From positions 1 to 64,000 of the forward strand of contig NW_003201530.1 of NCBI RefSeq assembly GCF_000006405.1: a DNA stretch of 64,000 bases, read 5' to 3'. The notes under the pieces were generated by a model that did not search any database, was not told the DNA's origin, and was given only the letters and a program-made list of their open reading frames with translations. Shown piece by piece: positions 26,409 through 37,500 of this stretch (within the stretch, counting starts at the first letter, position 1; each line of letters starts with the position of its first letter). The translations under genes were made by a program, and so were the position numbers. Origin of the DNA: Perkinsus marinus ATCC 50983 (Eukaryota).

Positions 26409-26878
26409 TAAATTGAACGCTAGGAGACAAACTATCTAACAGGCGTCGTAAATCGGACGAAGCTGGACCGATACATCGGAAACAGAAGAGGGCTACCATA
26501 GACATTCACCCTCTTGGAGCAAAGGAAGTGCCGCAAATTTGAACGTGTAAGAAACCGGTTGAGTGACTCAACTCTGTCGAATGTGTTTGAGTGGTGACTC
26601 AACTTGAGTCACTCAAACACATTCGACACAAGGAGATATCAGACTAAGCTCAGCTGTCTATTGTACAGGAGCTTAGATGGTTTCGGCCTCACGGGTTCTC
26701 AAACTCGTATCAGGCGAGATATTATTCATGCTCGACCAGTCTGTGCGGCAGAGAGCGTCACCTTTTTGTACATGCGTACAGGCTTTCTCCTTGTGCTTGC
26801 GTACAAGTGTAGGATGCATTCAGTACTATTGATCCTGAGCATTGAACGTTACTATGCAGCGTTACTAGCTCCTAAGTT

Positions 26879-26896
26879 CGTAGCCATCTGGCTCAA
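26879..26896 (+). other. Perkinsus spliced-leader relict (18-nt match)
   Basis: CGTAGCCATCTGGCTCAA matches the 21-nt Perkinsus SL ACCGTAGCCATCTGGCTCAAG (recalled sequence). Confidence 0.8.
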
Positions 26897-28559
26897 TGTC
26901 TTAGTGTATTTTTGGGTCACATCCCTCCAGCTAATGTCGGGTCGTGTTGACACAAGGGAACGGCAGGAGGCACCGGACATCAACAATAACTTTGGTCCCT
27001 TCTTTAAGACGTTACGTTAGATGTCCTAAGGTTGCTCTTGTATTAGTATCGCATTGCATCCTATATAATCCGCAATTTCTGGAGGCTTCGCTCGGCTGAA
27101 TATCCATGTAAGGATAAGGTCACCTTATTATGGTGTGAGGCTCCTCGCGCCTTGCTCCTGAAGTTGAGGCGCATCTCGAGAGGCTTCATGCGAGATAGCC
27201 TATCTCAGATAGGCCCTGCAATCGAGTCATGCCCCTTCATACTCGGGCGCAAACAGATTCTCTCACTGGCCCTACTTCTTTGAGGAAGGAGCGCCTCCTT
27301 ATAACTGTGGAGGGTTCCTTGAAGTAACGAGGCTAAGAATGTTACGTAAGGTGTACCTCCTCTAGCTCACGCTCTGACTGGAGGGACTCAGGTGAACTCA
27401 ATCACCTCGGTGACGACATCGATAGTGGTTGGGGTACTTACGTAATCTTCACAAGGGGTTATACCTCCCTCTACGAAGTAATCGGTACGTAAACGCACAG
27501 CTTTTGCCCGGGGAGAGCTATGCGTCTGCGTGCCTCATCATGAGGTCCTCATGGTGCGGTCCGCTGCACGCATGAACAACAGCAGTGAATGGTGAAATGT
27601 CTAGATTCCGAGCTCTGTCGAATCTGGAAGTTAGCGATCGCCAGATAGATCCGAAACGGCTGGTCGACTGAAGGTGATGACAGATATATCCGGGTGTTCA
27701 AAAAAGCTATTGTCAAACCCAGGAGCTCTCCCAGGAGAGCAGTGCGTGAAAACGCGTTCAATGGACTACGATCAGGAGCGCTCCCATGATCACTCTGATG
27801 AGTGCTCCTCGGCATGTTCAATAAGTATTTTTTGCTCGCCCGAGAGTGCTCTTAGGATTGCGTTTTCCAGGAGAGTTCTCATCGCTCCTGAAATCGTGCT
27901 CACGGGATTTGAGGCGCGCGCTCATTGATTTTGGCGGAGCGTAGTGACGTTAGTCTTCCAATTCCGCGAGTTATGCGCGGCCCGGCGGCGGCGGCGGTTA
28001 GTAGTGTAGTTGCAGGAAGAGTGAGTAAAGCTAAGAAGTAGTCAGCAGAACGCTAGACGACTAAGCCTTACAATGCCACCGGAAGCAGTACTAGTAGTTG
28101 CCGCGAGAGAACTGAATCCTAAATAGCCAATACCAACTAGTCTAACGCAAAGACAAGCGTTAATAGCTTGAGCAATAGTCATCGATGGTCCTCATATAGT
28201 GGCTCAAGGACTAGTAGTAATCAAACCAGTCTAAATCACTAAGTCTAGTGCAGACGAGAACTAGTAGTTCTAACAGAGCCAAGTAGAACGAGTAGTTCCA
28301 AGAACTCTAGTTATAACCACGTAGAACAAGTAGTTCAATAGTACTTCTCAATACAGTAAAAGCAGTAGTTCAATAGTAGCCGTTTCAGAAATCTAGTCGT
28401 TTTGGGTCTTGCGCTGTGGCGCACGCGAGCTGCCGGCTCGCGCATTGGCCACGACTAATACGCAGTAGTAGTACGACAGATCACTTAGTTAGGCTCATAG
28501 TAGTCATCAAGGCAGCAATAATCAAAAAAACTTTAGTGCAAGAAGGATAACTAGTCATT

Positions 28560-29130
28560 CTCCTCTTCTACACTAATAGTAGTATCCTCTATCTTAGTGG
28601 TATCACCAGTACTGTAGTATATACTCTGCTCGGCCATGCGTAGGGCCGTGATGGTAACAAGGCTCGACTCATCACTGACCGATAGTAAGTCGAACCAACT
28701 TGAACATAGCATCCCTCCAATAGTTTCTTCTCAGAAGAATGTGCACTCGTTTAGTGCCCATAGAGGTAGTGATAGATTGCTGCTAACACTCGTACCAGGA
28801 AGGCAGAATAAAGACTTCGGCCTAGATGAAGTAGTCCCAGCTCATCATAGGGTTGTACAACTTTATGGGGTTCCGGATATCTACGTAGTAAGCCATCATC
28901 GTCGAGGAAGAAGATTCTAGCGAGACGATGTAGTCGAGTAGACTGTACTCCATGTAGAGTGGTAGAGGGATCCCCTTGTAGTATAGCCTTCAAGTGTTGA
29001 ATATCATCATCTAGTTGTTGAGCACGTCGTACACAAGTAGTAACACATGACGAAAAGTGGGCGTCCTGTAGCAGACCATTGGGAACACGATCAGTAGGTC
29101 GGGCGCAGTCCACAAGGGACTCCAACTCTA
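28560..29130 (-). pseudogene. Inverted, internally deleted BEL/Pao-like pol fragment (family 2)
   Basis: LELESLVDCARP...GRSLYSAFLVRVLA...GTKRVHILLRRNYWRD is homologous to 30840-31290. Confidence 0.85.
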
Positions 29131-29132
29131 GT

Positions 29133-30032
29133 GGAGGGTACTACTACTAAACGAGAAGCATGTTCTGCCCTTGCTTCCTTCTACGACCCATTAGGACTAC
29201 TTATAGAGTATGACCTGAAAGGACGACTCATCTGGAGGCATATTTGTAACGACTATCATTCATGGTCCACCGTCATCAACATCAACTTGGTGAACGAGAT
29301 TCGAGATTGGATCAATGATTGCTTACTAGCTACTACTATTGGCATACCTCGGCATATCGATGTTCAGCATCAACCACTACTAGTATGTACTGATGCCTCC
29401 ACCGACTTATGGGGTGTTGATATACGCTGTTTTAGTGGGACTACTATCTCGCCCAGACTACTTAGCCGTGGAGGTGTATTCCCCAAAGTGCAGTCGAAAT
29501 GGACTATTCCGAGGAAGGAGCTGGTGGCACTTTGTAAAGGTTTACGAATGCTCAAGACTATGTCTCCTTACTTACCTATACCTACTCATTATAGGAAGGG
29601 ACAGGCTCCCTTGGACCCACTATCCCCGGTGCTACTACCCCGACAAGTGCGACTACTCTGTGACAGTGAAATCACTATCTATAGACTACGCCGTCCAGGT
29701 AATGATAAACGCCTACCTGCAGCAGAGCGTCGTCGTCTATCTGAGGCTAGGAAGCTCTGTAAGGAACTGGATGTCATTGTACTACACATTCCCTCCGAGC
29801 TCAACTATGCTGATAGTATTTCAAGGGGTAAGGCTACTACGGTTACAATCGAGCCAGATGAGGTACTCAACTCTATGACCGTGGCCAAGGTAATCTACGA
29901 CTACCGTTGCCAACCTGAAGACACTGACGAAGAGGACGTCTCTACTAGCCTCTCTACTCCGCCATGTGTTATATCTCTAAACACCGACGGTTTGGACCTA
30001 CCAGATGCTGATCCACTACCTACTGACCATCG
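29133..30032 (+). pseudogene. BEL/Pao-like RNase H region fragment (family 2)
   Basis: TKREACSALASFYDPLG, VCTDAS, WTIPRKELVAL, LCDSEI, HIPSELNYADSISR. Confidence 0.88.
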
Positions 30033-30315
30033 TATAGCTATAAGAGCAACTAAAGTTTTGCTAGAGGTTGATTATACGGATTATCGCTTAACTACTTGTT
30101 GGCTATAGACCGATTGATCCTCTAGTGTCTGCACTAGACTCTGTGATTGTGACTAGTAAGACCACTACTAGCATTTGAGCCACTACTACTAGGACTATGG
30201 ACTACTATTGCTCAAGCTATAGAAGCGTGCCTTTGTGTTCGACTAGTGGTTTGGTCTACTCGGATTCAGTTCTTACGCGGCAAAGTTCCTCCCGACCTAC
30301 TAAGCCTCCGCCGAG

Positions 30316-32826
30316 CCGCGCAAGGAGCTGGTCGCCCTCTATAAAGGACTACAACTACTCAAGGCTATGTCACCGTACTTACCTGTACCGAGCTACTACA
30401 AACCTCATCAAGTTCCACTGGATCCACTGGCCCCCGTCCTTGAACCTCGCCAAGTTCGGCTGTTGTGTGATAGCGAAATCACTATTTACCGATTGAGGCG
30501 ACCGGCAAATGATAAACGACTACCAGTGGTTGAACGACGACGACTAGTCGAAGTTCGTAAACTCTGCAAAGAGCTCGATGTTATAACACTTCATGTTCCG
30601 TCCGCTCTGAACTACGCCGATAGTATTTCGCGTGCCAAGACTACCAATGACATCATCGGTACTGAGGTGTTGAACTCTCTGAAGACGGCCAAGGTCATAT
30701 ACGACTACCGATGCCAACCAGACGAGTTTAGTGAAGACTCTATTACCTCTACTACTGCACCAGCGGTACTAGCAATCAACGAAGACGGTATAGACCTGCC
30801 TGAGGTTGGTCCACTGCCCGATGAACAAAGACAAGAGTTAGAGGATCTCATGGACTACGCTAAACCTTCGGACCGGATGACAAGTGGACTATTAGAAGAC
30901 TCTCGGTTCACTACGTCTGTTAGAACGTGTATAATCCGGTCGCAGCAAGAAGATGAAGATATTCGTGACCTGAAGTCCATACTACTAGGTGTAACTACGA
31001 TGTCTCTCTATGGTGTCCGAGCTACTAGACTACAGCGGCTTGCTAAGATGTGTCTCCTGGATGATGATGGCCTACTCCGGCGCTATCCGGAACCACACCG
31101 ACTAACTCAGCCGCACAATAAAAAGGGTGTACTATGTCTTGGGAGAAGCCTGTACTCTGCCTTTCTAGTGCGAGTCTTGGCAACTATTCTTCATTATCTG
31201 CATGGTCATCTGGGTACTAAACGAGTCCACATCCTACTAAGGCGTGACTACTGGCGTGACTCTATGTTCAAGTTGGTGCGACTAACCATCGGCTCCTGCA
31301 TCCCGTGTCTTAAGGCGAGAGCCACAAGACAACACAACTACCTAGTCACTCAAGTCCAAACACTACTAACCGAAGCTCTCTGGCAACTAGTCGGTGTAGA
31401 CATTGCTGGCCCCTATGACAGGCAACCAACTACGAGGACTACTAACCCCAACCCAGTTGATGAAACCGACAAAGACCACTACATTATCCTAGTGCACGAC
31501 TACGTCAGTGGTTTCACGGTTAGACGTCCTATGCGTAACTGTAAGGCCAATACTGTCGCTAACATACTAGACAGTGTGTTCTTGGAACATGGGAGTCCCG
31601 CAGCACTACTCACTGACCATGACCGTACTATACTATCTAGTAAAGCCGTTAAACTGGTATTGGCACGACATGGCACTAAACATTATGTACTGCCAGGTTA
31701 TTCCTATCATTTGGGATTTTGGGAAAGAGCACATAAGGATTTTGTGGAGGTTACTCGCGCACTACAAGCAAGTCGGCCTATAACCGGTCCTGACGCCCGT
31801 ACTAGCATAATGGAGAATGCCTACATCGCCGACTACTTGGTAGCAGTACGTGCCTATAACCACACCCCCAGGCTCTGGGCTAATGTTACCCCATTCGAGC
31901 TTCACTATGGGTATGCTGGACGACTCCCTGGACTACACCCAGAACTGGATAACTCAATTGACTGGGACACCCTCAACATGCAATATTCCACCACAGATAT
32001 TGTTGACTTCGTTCACCAAAATGTCCCACTACTCACAGACGCCCGTGAGAAAATGGAGACTACTCTGAGTGAATATCTGGAGCTCTGGCGTATCAAACAG
32101 CAAGATCATCTACAACGTTATGCGTCAGAGAACTCCAACAACTACGAACCGAAGTTATTTGACTTGATCTTCACCACTAAGAGAACTGATGCTGCTATCG
32201 GCAACCACCTACGGACCCATTGGAGCGGTCCCTATACGGTCGTCCAACTACAAGGCTCGTCCATGGTCAAGGCCATCCAAGGCATATTACTCGAAGGTAT
32301 TGGTGGTGTCGAAGCTGGCGAAGATCGAACTAGTGCAAAAGTCCCACAAATCTATGGAGCATCAGAGTCCTATTCCCTGAAGAACGTGGTACATGCTTGT
32401 GCACTACAAGCGGCTATTACTAACTATTACCATTAATCTCAACGAGCATATATAGACTCGGATGGTACACTACGCACTATGAAGCTTACCACGCCCAATC
32501 AACCCGATGATGCTTCACGAGTAGCTCGAGCCCGAGATCATACCGCACTACGCCATATTCGGCATGCACCTACTACTCCACTACGAACAGAAGATGGTGT
32601 CGGCGAGCCTTCTACTACGATAGCCACTGCTACTAGGTTAGAGTCAGTCCAACCCGCAGCAAAAGACTCTCCACAGGTGGAGGAGAATGACTACGAAGCA
32701 GCTTCAGTTGGCTTCGACACTAGCTGGAGGACTCCACCTGCTGACGATACTGTACCAGTACAACCTTATCTGGTACAAGGAACACCCGAGATCTTAACTC
32801 TACGAGGACTAGGACGGAGAAGCTAA
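30316..32826 (+). mobile_element. BEL/Pao-like pol 3' half (RNase H C-terminus + integrase), family 2, second copy
   Basis: 689-aa ORF 30367-32436 with HYLHGH...CIPC, VDIAGP, LTDHD, WERAHK; the frame continues past a TAA to 32826. Confidence 0.9.
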
Positions 32827-33581
32827 GAGACCATTTTGGAGTGTCAAGAAGGCTGTTAGCCCATTTCGGCGGTGAGCCCGGCCCACCGCCGGTGGGTTAG
32901 TGATACAAACTACCTCCTTACAGTAAGGACCTTGCCGTCCTTGAAAAAATAACGTTAATTCTTAAGGTTTCTTACCTTAAGAGTGAGAGTCACTCTCAAC
33001 TTAAGAGTCTTAACTTAAGACTCTTAAGTAAGAGTGAGTCTCACTGTTTCTTACCTCAGTGAGTCTGAGGAACTTGTAAACTTACCCCTTCTTGTTTGTT
33101 AGTGAAACGATCTAACCTTAGTTTCTTCAGTTTTTCCCGTCTTAAGGTATGTGGTTAGTCACTAACCGCCTACTAGATCCTCTTTCATTAACTGCTAGTA
33201 AAAGAGGCTCGTTGTTTCCAACTGTCAAAGATGCTAAGTACAAAAGTAAGCGATCAAAAGTTGCGCTACGAGCGAAGCGATGCAAAGAGCTCTCTCAAGA
33301 GAGGTTTTCAAGCGCGCTTTTCAAGGCTCTGTTATTTGAACAGATTTTCTGCTGACTCCCAGGAGAGCTCCCGACATATTTCGGGAGCGCGTTAGTTGAA
33401 CGTGATTCCAGGAGAACACTTCAAAAGCGCTATTCAGCAGCACTCTCAGGAGCCTGTTTTGTGTTGTTTCTTGAACGCCCGGTATGGTTTGGTTCTACTG
33501 GTCTTTGGGACTCCTGCAGCGTGGTATAAAAGCAATTAAGATAGAACTAGAGATAGTGTGCACGCATGAGTCCGTGTTGAG

Positions 33582-33601
33582 CCGTAGCCATCTGGCTCAA
33601 G
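33582..33601 (+). other. Perkinsus spliced-leader relict (20 of 21 nt)
   Basis: CCGTAGCCATCTGGCTCAAG; followed by TT rather than a GT donor. Confidence 0.9.
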
Positions 33602-34519
33602 TTCGTTTTGTCCTAATTCGCACTCCCCTCGTATAGCGTTCCTCAGTGATGGGAAGGTTCTACCAACAGTATCATCAAACTGAGTATACAGCTCGGGTGA
33701 GCTGGGATGATACGCAGAGGCACATAGTAGTGTTGAACGACATGCTAGTAGCATGTCTCCTTTCCTTCCATCTCACCTCCATCCGCATTCGTGTGGATCC
33801 AACAAGGAAAGCTCTAAGCCTCGGGCCTCTCAGTTTCGAGCTCAGCGTTGACAGTGTGGAAGCCGAACTAAAGTGAAAACAAAGCTTACTACCATGGTTC
33901 GCCTTTTCAGAGATGACGACCATGCTTGCTCACTTGCGCTACTGTTAGTCCTCATCATAACAGTCATAACAGTCATAACAGTCAGTCGTCATTACGCTGA
34001 CTGTTTTTTCATTGCCTTGTCTGTTAAATCAAATCAGTCTGAACTCTCATATATAATGTCATTCTCACAAGCACCTTCGCTCCAACAAGGCACCCCTTGT
34101 CGCTACACCTTCGTCCCAGTAAGCACCTACCCATCGTAGCACTACGCCGACTCGATTACACCTCTGGTCAGGCTGCCTTCAGCCAAGACAAATCCAAAAG
34201 CCATCGTGGAGTAGCAGTCGAGATAGACTCCGTCGGGGATGAGGAAAAACTGTGACCACCCGCTTCCTGAGGACTGCCGTAAACTACCTGTAGATACCAT
34301 CTCTACGTTGAAGTGAAGTCCGTAGATCTGAGTGGATACGCCAGCTCAGTGAAACTACTAGGAGATGAGGGCTCGAAGGCTTCGAAACTGTTGGAGAATT
34401 GGCGAAAGTGACCAGCAGCCTTTGGTTTCCTCCAGCATTTAGCCAATTAGTTACACCAGTTGGCGTGACCGGTCCAAGAAAAAGATAGAGGCTTTCAATG
34501 CACAGCTGTCAGGACTGAT

Positions 34520-37500
34520 TAACGAGAGGTGTCGAGCTTGAAATGACTCGTGTTATTATTCCCACTCCAGTGGTGCTGTTCCAAGTGAAGATGTGATGCG
34601 GCAAAGATGGGAATTGAGAGTACAGCGGGATGAGGAGGAAAGACGGATGCTGGATAGCACTCACGAGCTGTCAGTTCTGGTTGAATAGTATTATGAATTC
34701 TTGTTATAATGTGTAGCATTATTGGAGTTTCACTAGTGATATGAAAAACACTAGTGAAAAACATATTTCACGACTATTGCAAGGCGCAAATATCGCGATT
34801 TTCACGGAGTTTTACGCCACTTCACGTAAAACGGGTGAAACTCCATTAATAGAAGCACGATGAATAATCAGCTCAGTGTGGGAAAATATATACATGACCG
34901 ACTACGTTTGTTGGTGATAATAATACGAAAATTCTGAGGAAATTTTGAGAAAATATCGCCGGTTTTTGTACTTTTTACCCCCGGTCGTGTGCAAATTCTC
35001 ATAATTTTTCCACCTGGAGAAATCAAACATATATTCCGACACTGAATCAGAGGACCGTTGAGTCATCTCTCATCTCCTTGAGGATATCAGGTATGCGAGC
35101 TGGGTGCAGTTGAAGCTCATACGGGAGTGGCAGGGCTTCACTTCGACCCCGTGGGTGCTGAAGGCTGTCCTCGTCTCGATGGCCGATTCCTCACTCGAGG
35201 AAAAGCGACAGTCTATTGAGAGGGATGAGGAAGCGAAAGAGGTGAGTGCACTCGGGAATTGAGTTTCGCGGGTTCAGTGTGGTGAAGTATGTACATGTGA
35301 TGGTGACACAGGAAAATTCTGAGGAAATTTTGAGTAGACTTCTACCGTAAACCGTATATGAATTTTCATTAAGTAGTGAGGGAATTTCTGGGCTTAGCTG
35401 AGAAAACCAAACATATAGTCCAACACTACTCTATTGGAAACCAGTGAATTGGTATTGACAGCGATAGAGCGAAACCGCATGCCACAACAACAAGAGTAGT
35501 GTGGGAAAATATGCACATGATCAACTACACGTGTTGGTGACAACATGGAAAATCTGAGGAAAATTCAGGAGAAATTTCTTGGTTTCTGTACACTTCTACT
35601 CGAACTTCTAGGCGTAATTAGTGTAAAAACTCCTGAGCTCAGCTGAGGAAAGCGAACATGAATTCTTCCAACATTGCGTGCAGGTGGCGGTGTTGAAATC
35701 TCTGCCGTACTCCGAGGCGGTCGATGTTGTCGCTAAGAGATGGGCGAAGATGAGGAGGCAACCTGGAGAGCCACAGGTGGGATCTATACGATTATGCACC
35801 GTGTTGGAGGAATATATGTTCGCTTTCCTCACCTGAGCTCAGATGCAAAATTTATGTGACTTTCTCAGTTTACTCAGTGTTGGGGGAAAATATGCACATG
35901 GTCAACTACATGTGTTGGTGATGATTATCGATATTGATAATTGGTGAAATTATTGTTGCTTCCTGTACACTTCCATCCGAGTTCGTATGCAAACTCCTGA
36001 GTTCAGCTGAGGAAAGCGATTACATATTTTCCAGCAATAAAGTTTCACCGGTGATATGCAAAAACACTAGTAAAAAACGATCATATTATCGCGGAAACAT
36101 ATACGCCTTATAATTCACATGGAGTATTACGCGACTTCACGTTAAACGGGTGAAACTCTGCACGAGGTGTAGTAGGAATAATGTCGAAGACGGGCCGTTT
36201 GGACTCTCGTACGCAATGAACATGGCTGATTTCGATTCTGAAGTTCCGTTTTGTTTCGTGGAGATATTGAATTTCCAAGAATCTGTGCGCTCTTTTTCTT
36301 CACATTGGACTCAATGGAGATTCCCCCGTTTTCCGTGAAGTGGCGTAATACTCTGTGAAAAACGCGGTATTCGCGGCGCTATGCAGTAGTCGTGAAATAT
36401 ATTTCTCGCTAGTTTTCTTGATATCACTAGGGTGAAACTCAATTGTATGTAGTACGAGATGCGCCTCCTTCAAAACGATGAGCTCATCACCGTTGATCAC
36501 AAGTTGGATTCTCCATTGGAAATAGAGCGACGACAAAATGCCCGAAGACTGAGAGTGTACGCTTCTGCAAGTTTAGACGCGGGTAAAAACGTCGGTTTTT
36601 GAAAATAGTGCTCTTGGTTGATACCATAATTTCAGGCACTGAAGTTTACTCTGAATTTGAGCTGCCAGTTACGGACATATACACTTGGTGTCTGGGAGAA
36701 GCGAATCGGGTAGGCAATCGTAAATATTCGTCTATAATTTATAATGATATTAAGCAAGGAATACGATAGCCAGTATGGAAATATATGCTTTTTTTCCTCA
36801 ACTGAGCTCGTAGGTTTCGTCACCATTTTATGAAGAACCACACGATTTTGGGTATAAGTATACAAAAATCAACGATAATTTCGCAAAATTTCCTCAAAAT
36901 TTCTATATTCCTAGCAACGCATGTAGTTGACCATGTGCATATATTCCCGCACTGACGATAGCCATGTAGTGTATATTTTAAGATATTGTACAGTACGTGT
37001 CAATTTGATATGCAAATGCGTGTTATTTTGGAAGAAGAATTATAGTGAACAAGTTGTTACTATCACAGTTCTAAACAGGTACTTTCATCACAACACATGT
37101 TCATAGCCATTGTTACATCGTATATGCGATAGAATTTCACATCGATTTTCATCAACCTCCAAAAATAACACACATTTGCATACCAAATTGGCACGCACTG
37201 TATTATAAATAATATATTAGGTAATCGTTTCATGATTGCACATTGTCAACTACAGTATATGTGTTGGTGATAATATGAAAATTCTGAGGAAATTTCGGGA
37301 AATTTTTGTTGGTTTCTGTACATTTCTTGCCGAATCTGTATGTAAACTCCTGAGCTCAGTTGAGGAGAGCGAACATATATTTCTCCAAAACTTATCGCTG
37401 CCCTTCAGGACGATACCATTAATCGCCCAAATCCTCAGGGAGGTGGCAGTCGTACGTTAGCACCTGCTGCCTTCTCCTTTGCAGTGCATACGATGCCGCG

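Larger units (their letters stand above)
27690..33482. mobile_element. Putative Tc1/mariner-like non-autonomous element whose arms enclose retroelement debris
   Basis: Inverted ends CCGGGTGTTCAA (27690) and TTGAACGCCCGG (33471-33482) followed by TA; both arms rich in CCAGGAGAG/GAGCTCTC motifs. Confidence 0.55.

Noticed and set aside
28198..28210. Partial SL-like TGGCTCAAG (also 12450, 26087)
   Set aside because: Matches of 8-10 nt are expected by chance in 64 kb.
33582..33680. SL RNA gene
   Set aside because: The SL is followed by TT, not the GT donor of SL RNA, and there is no tandem SL gene array.
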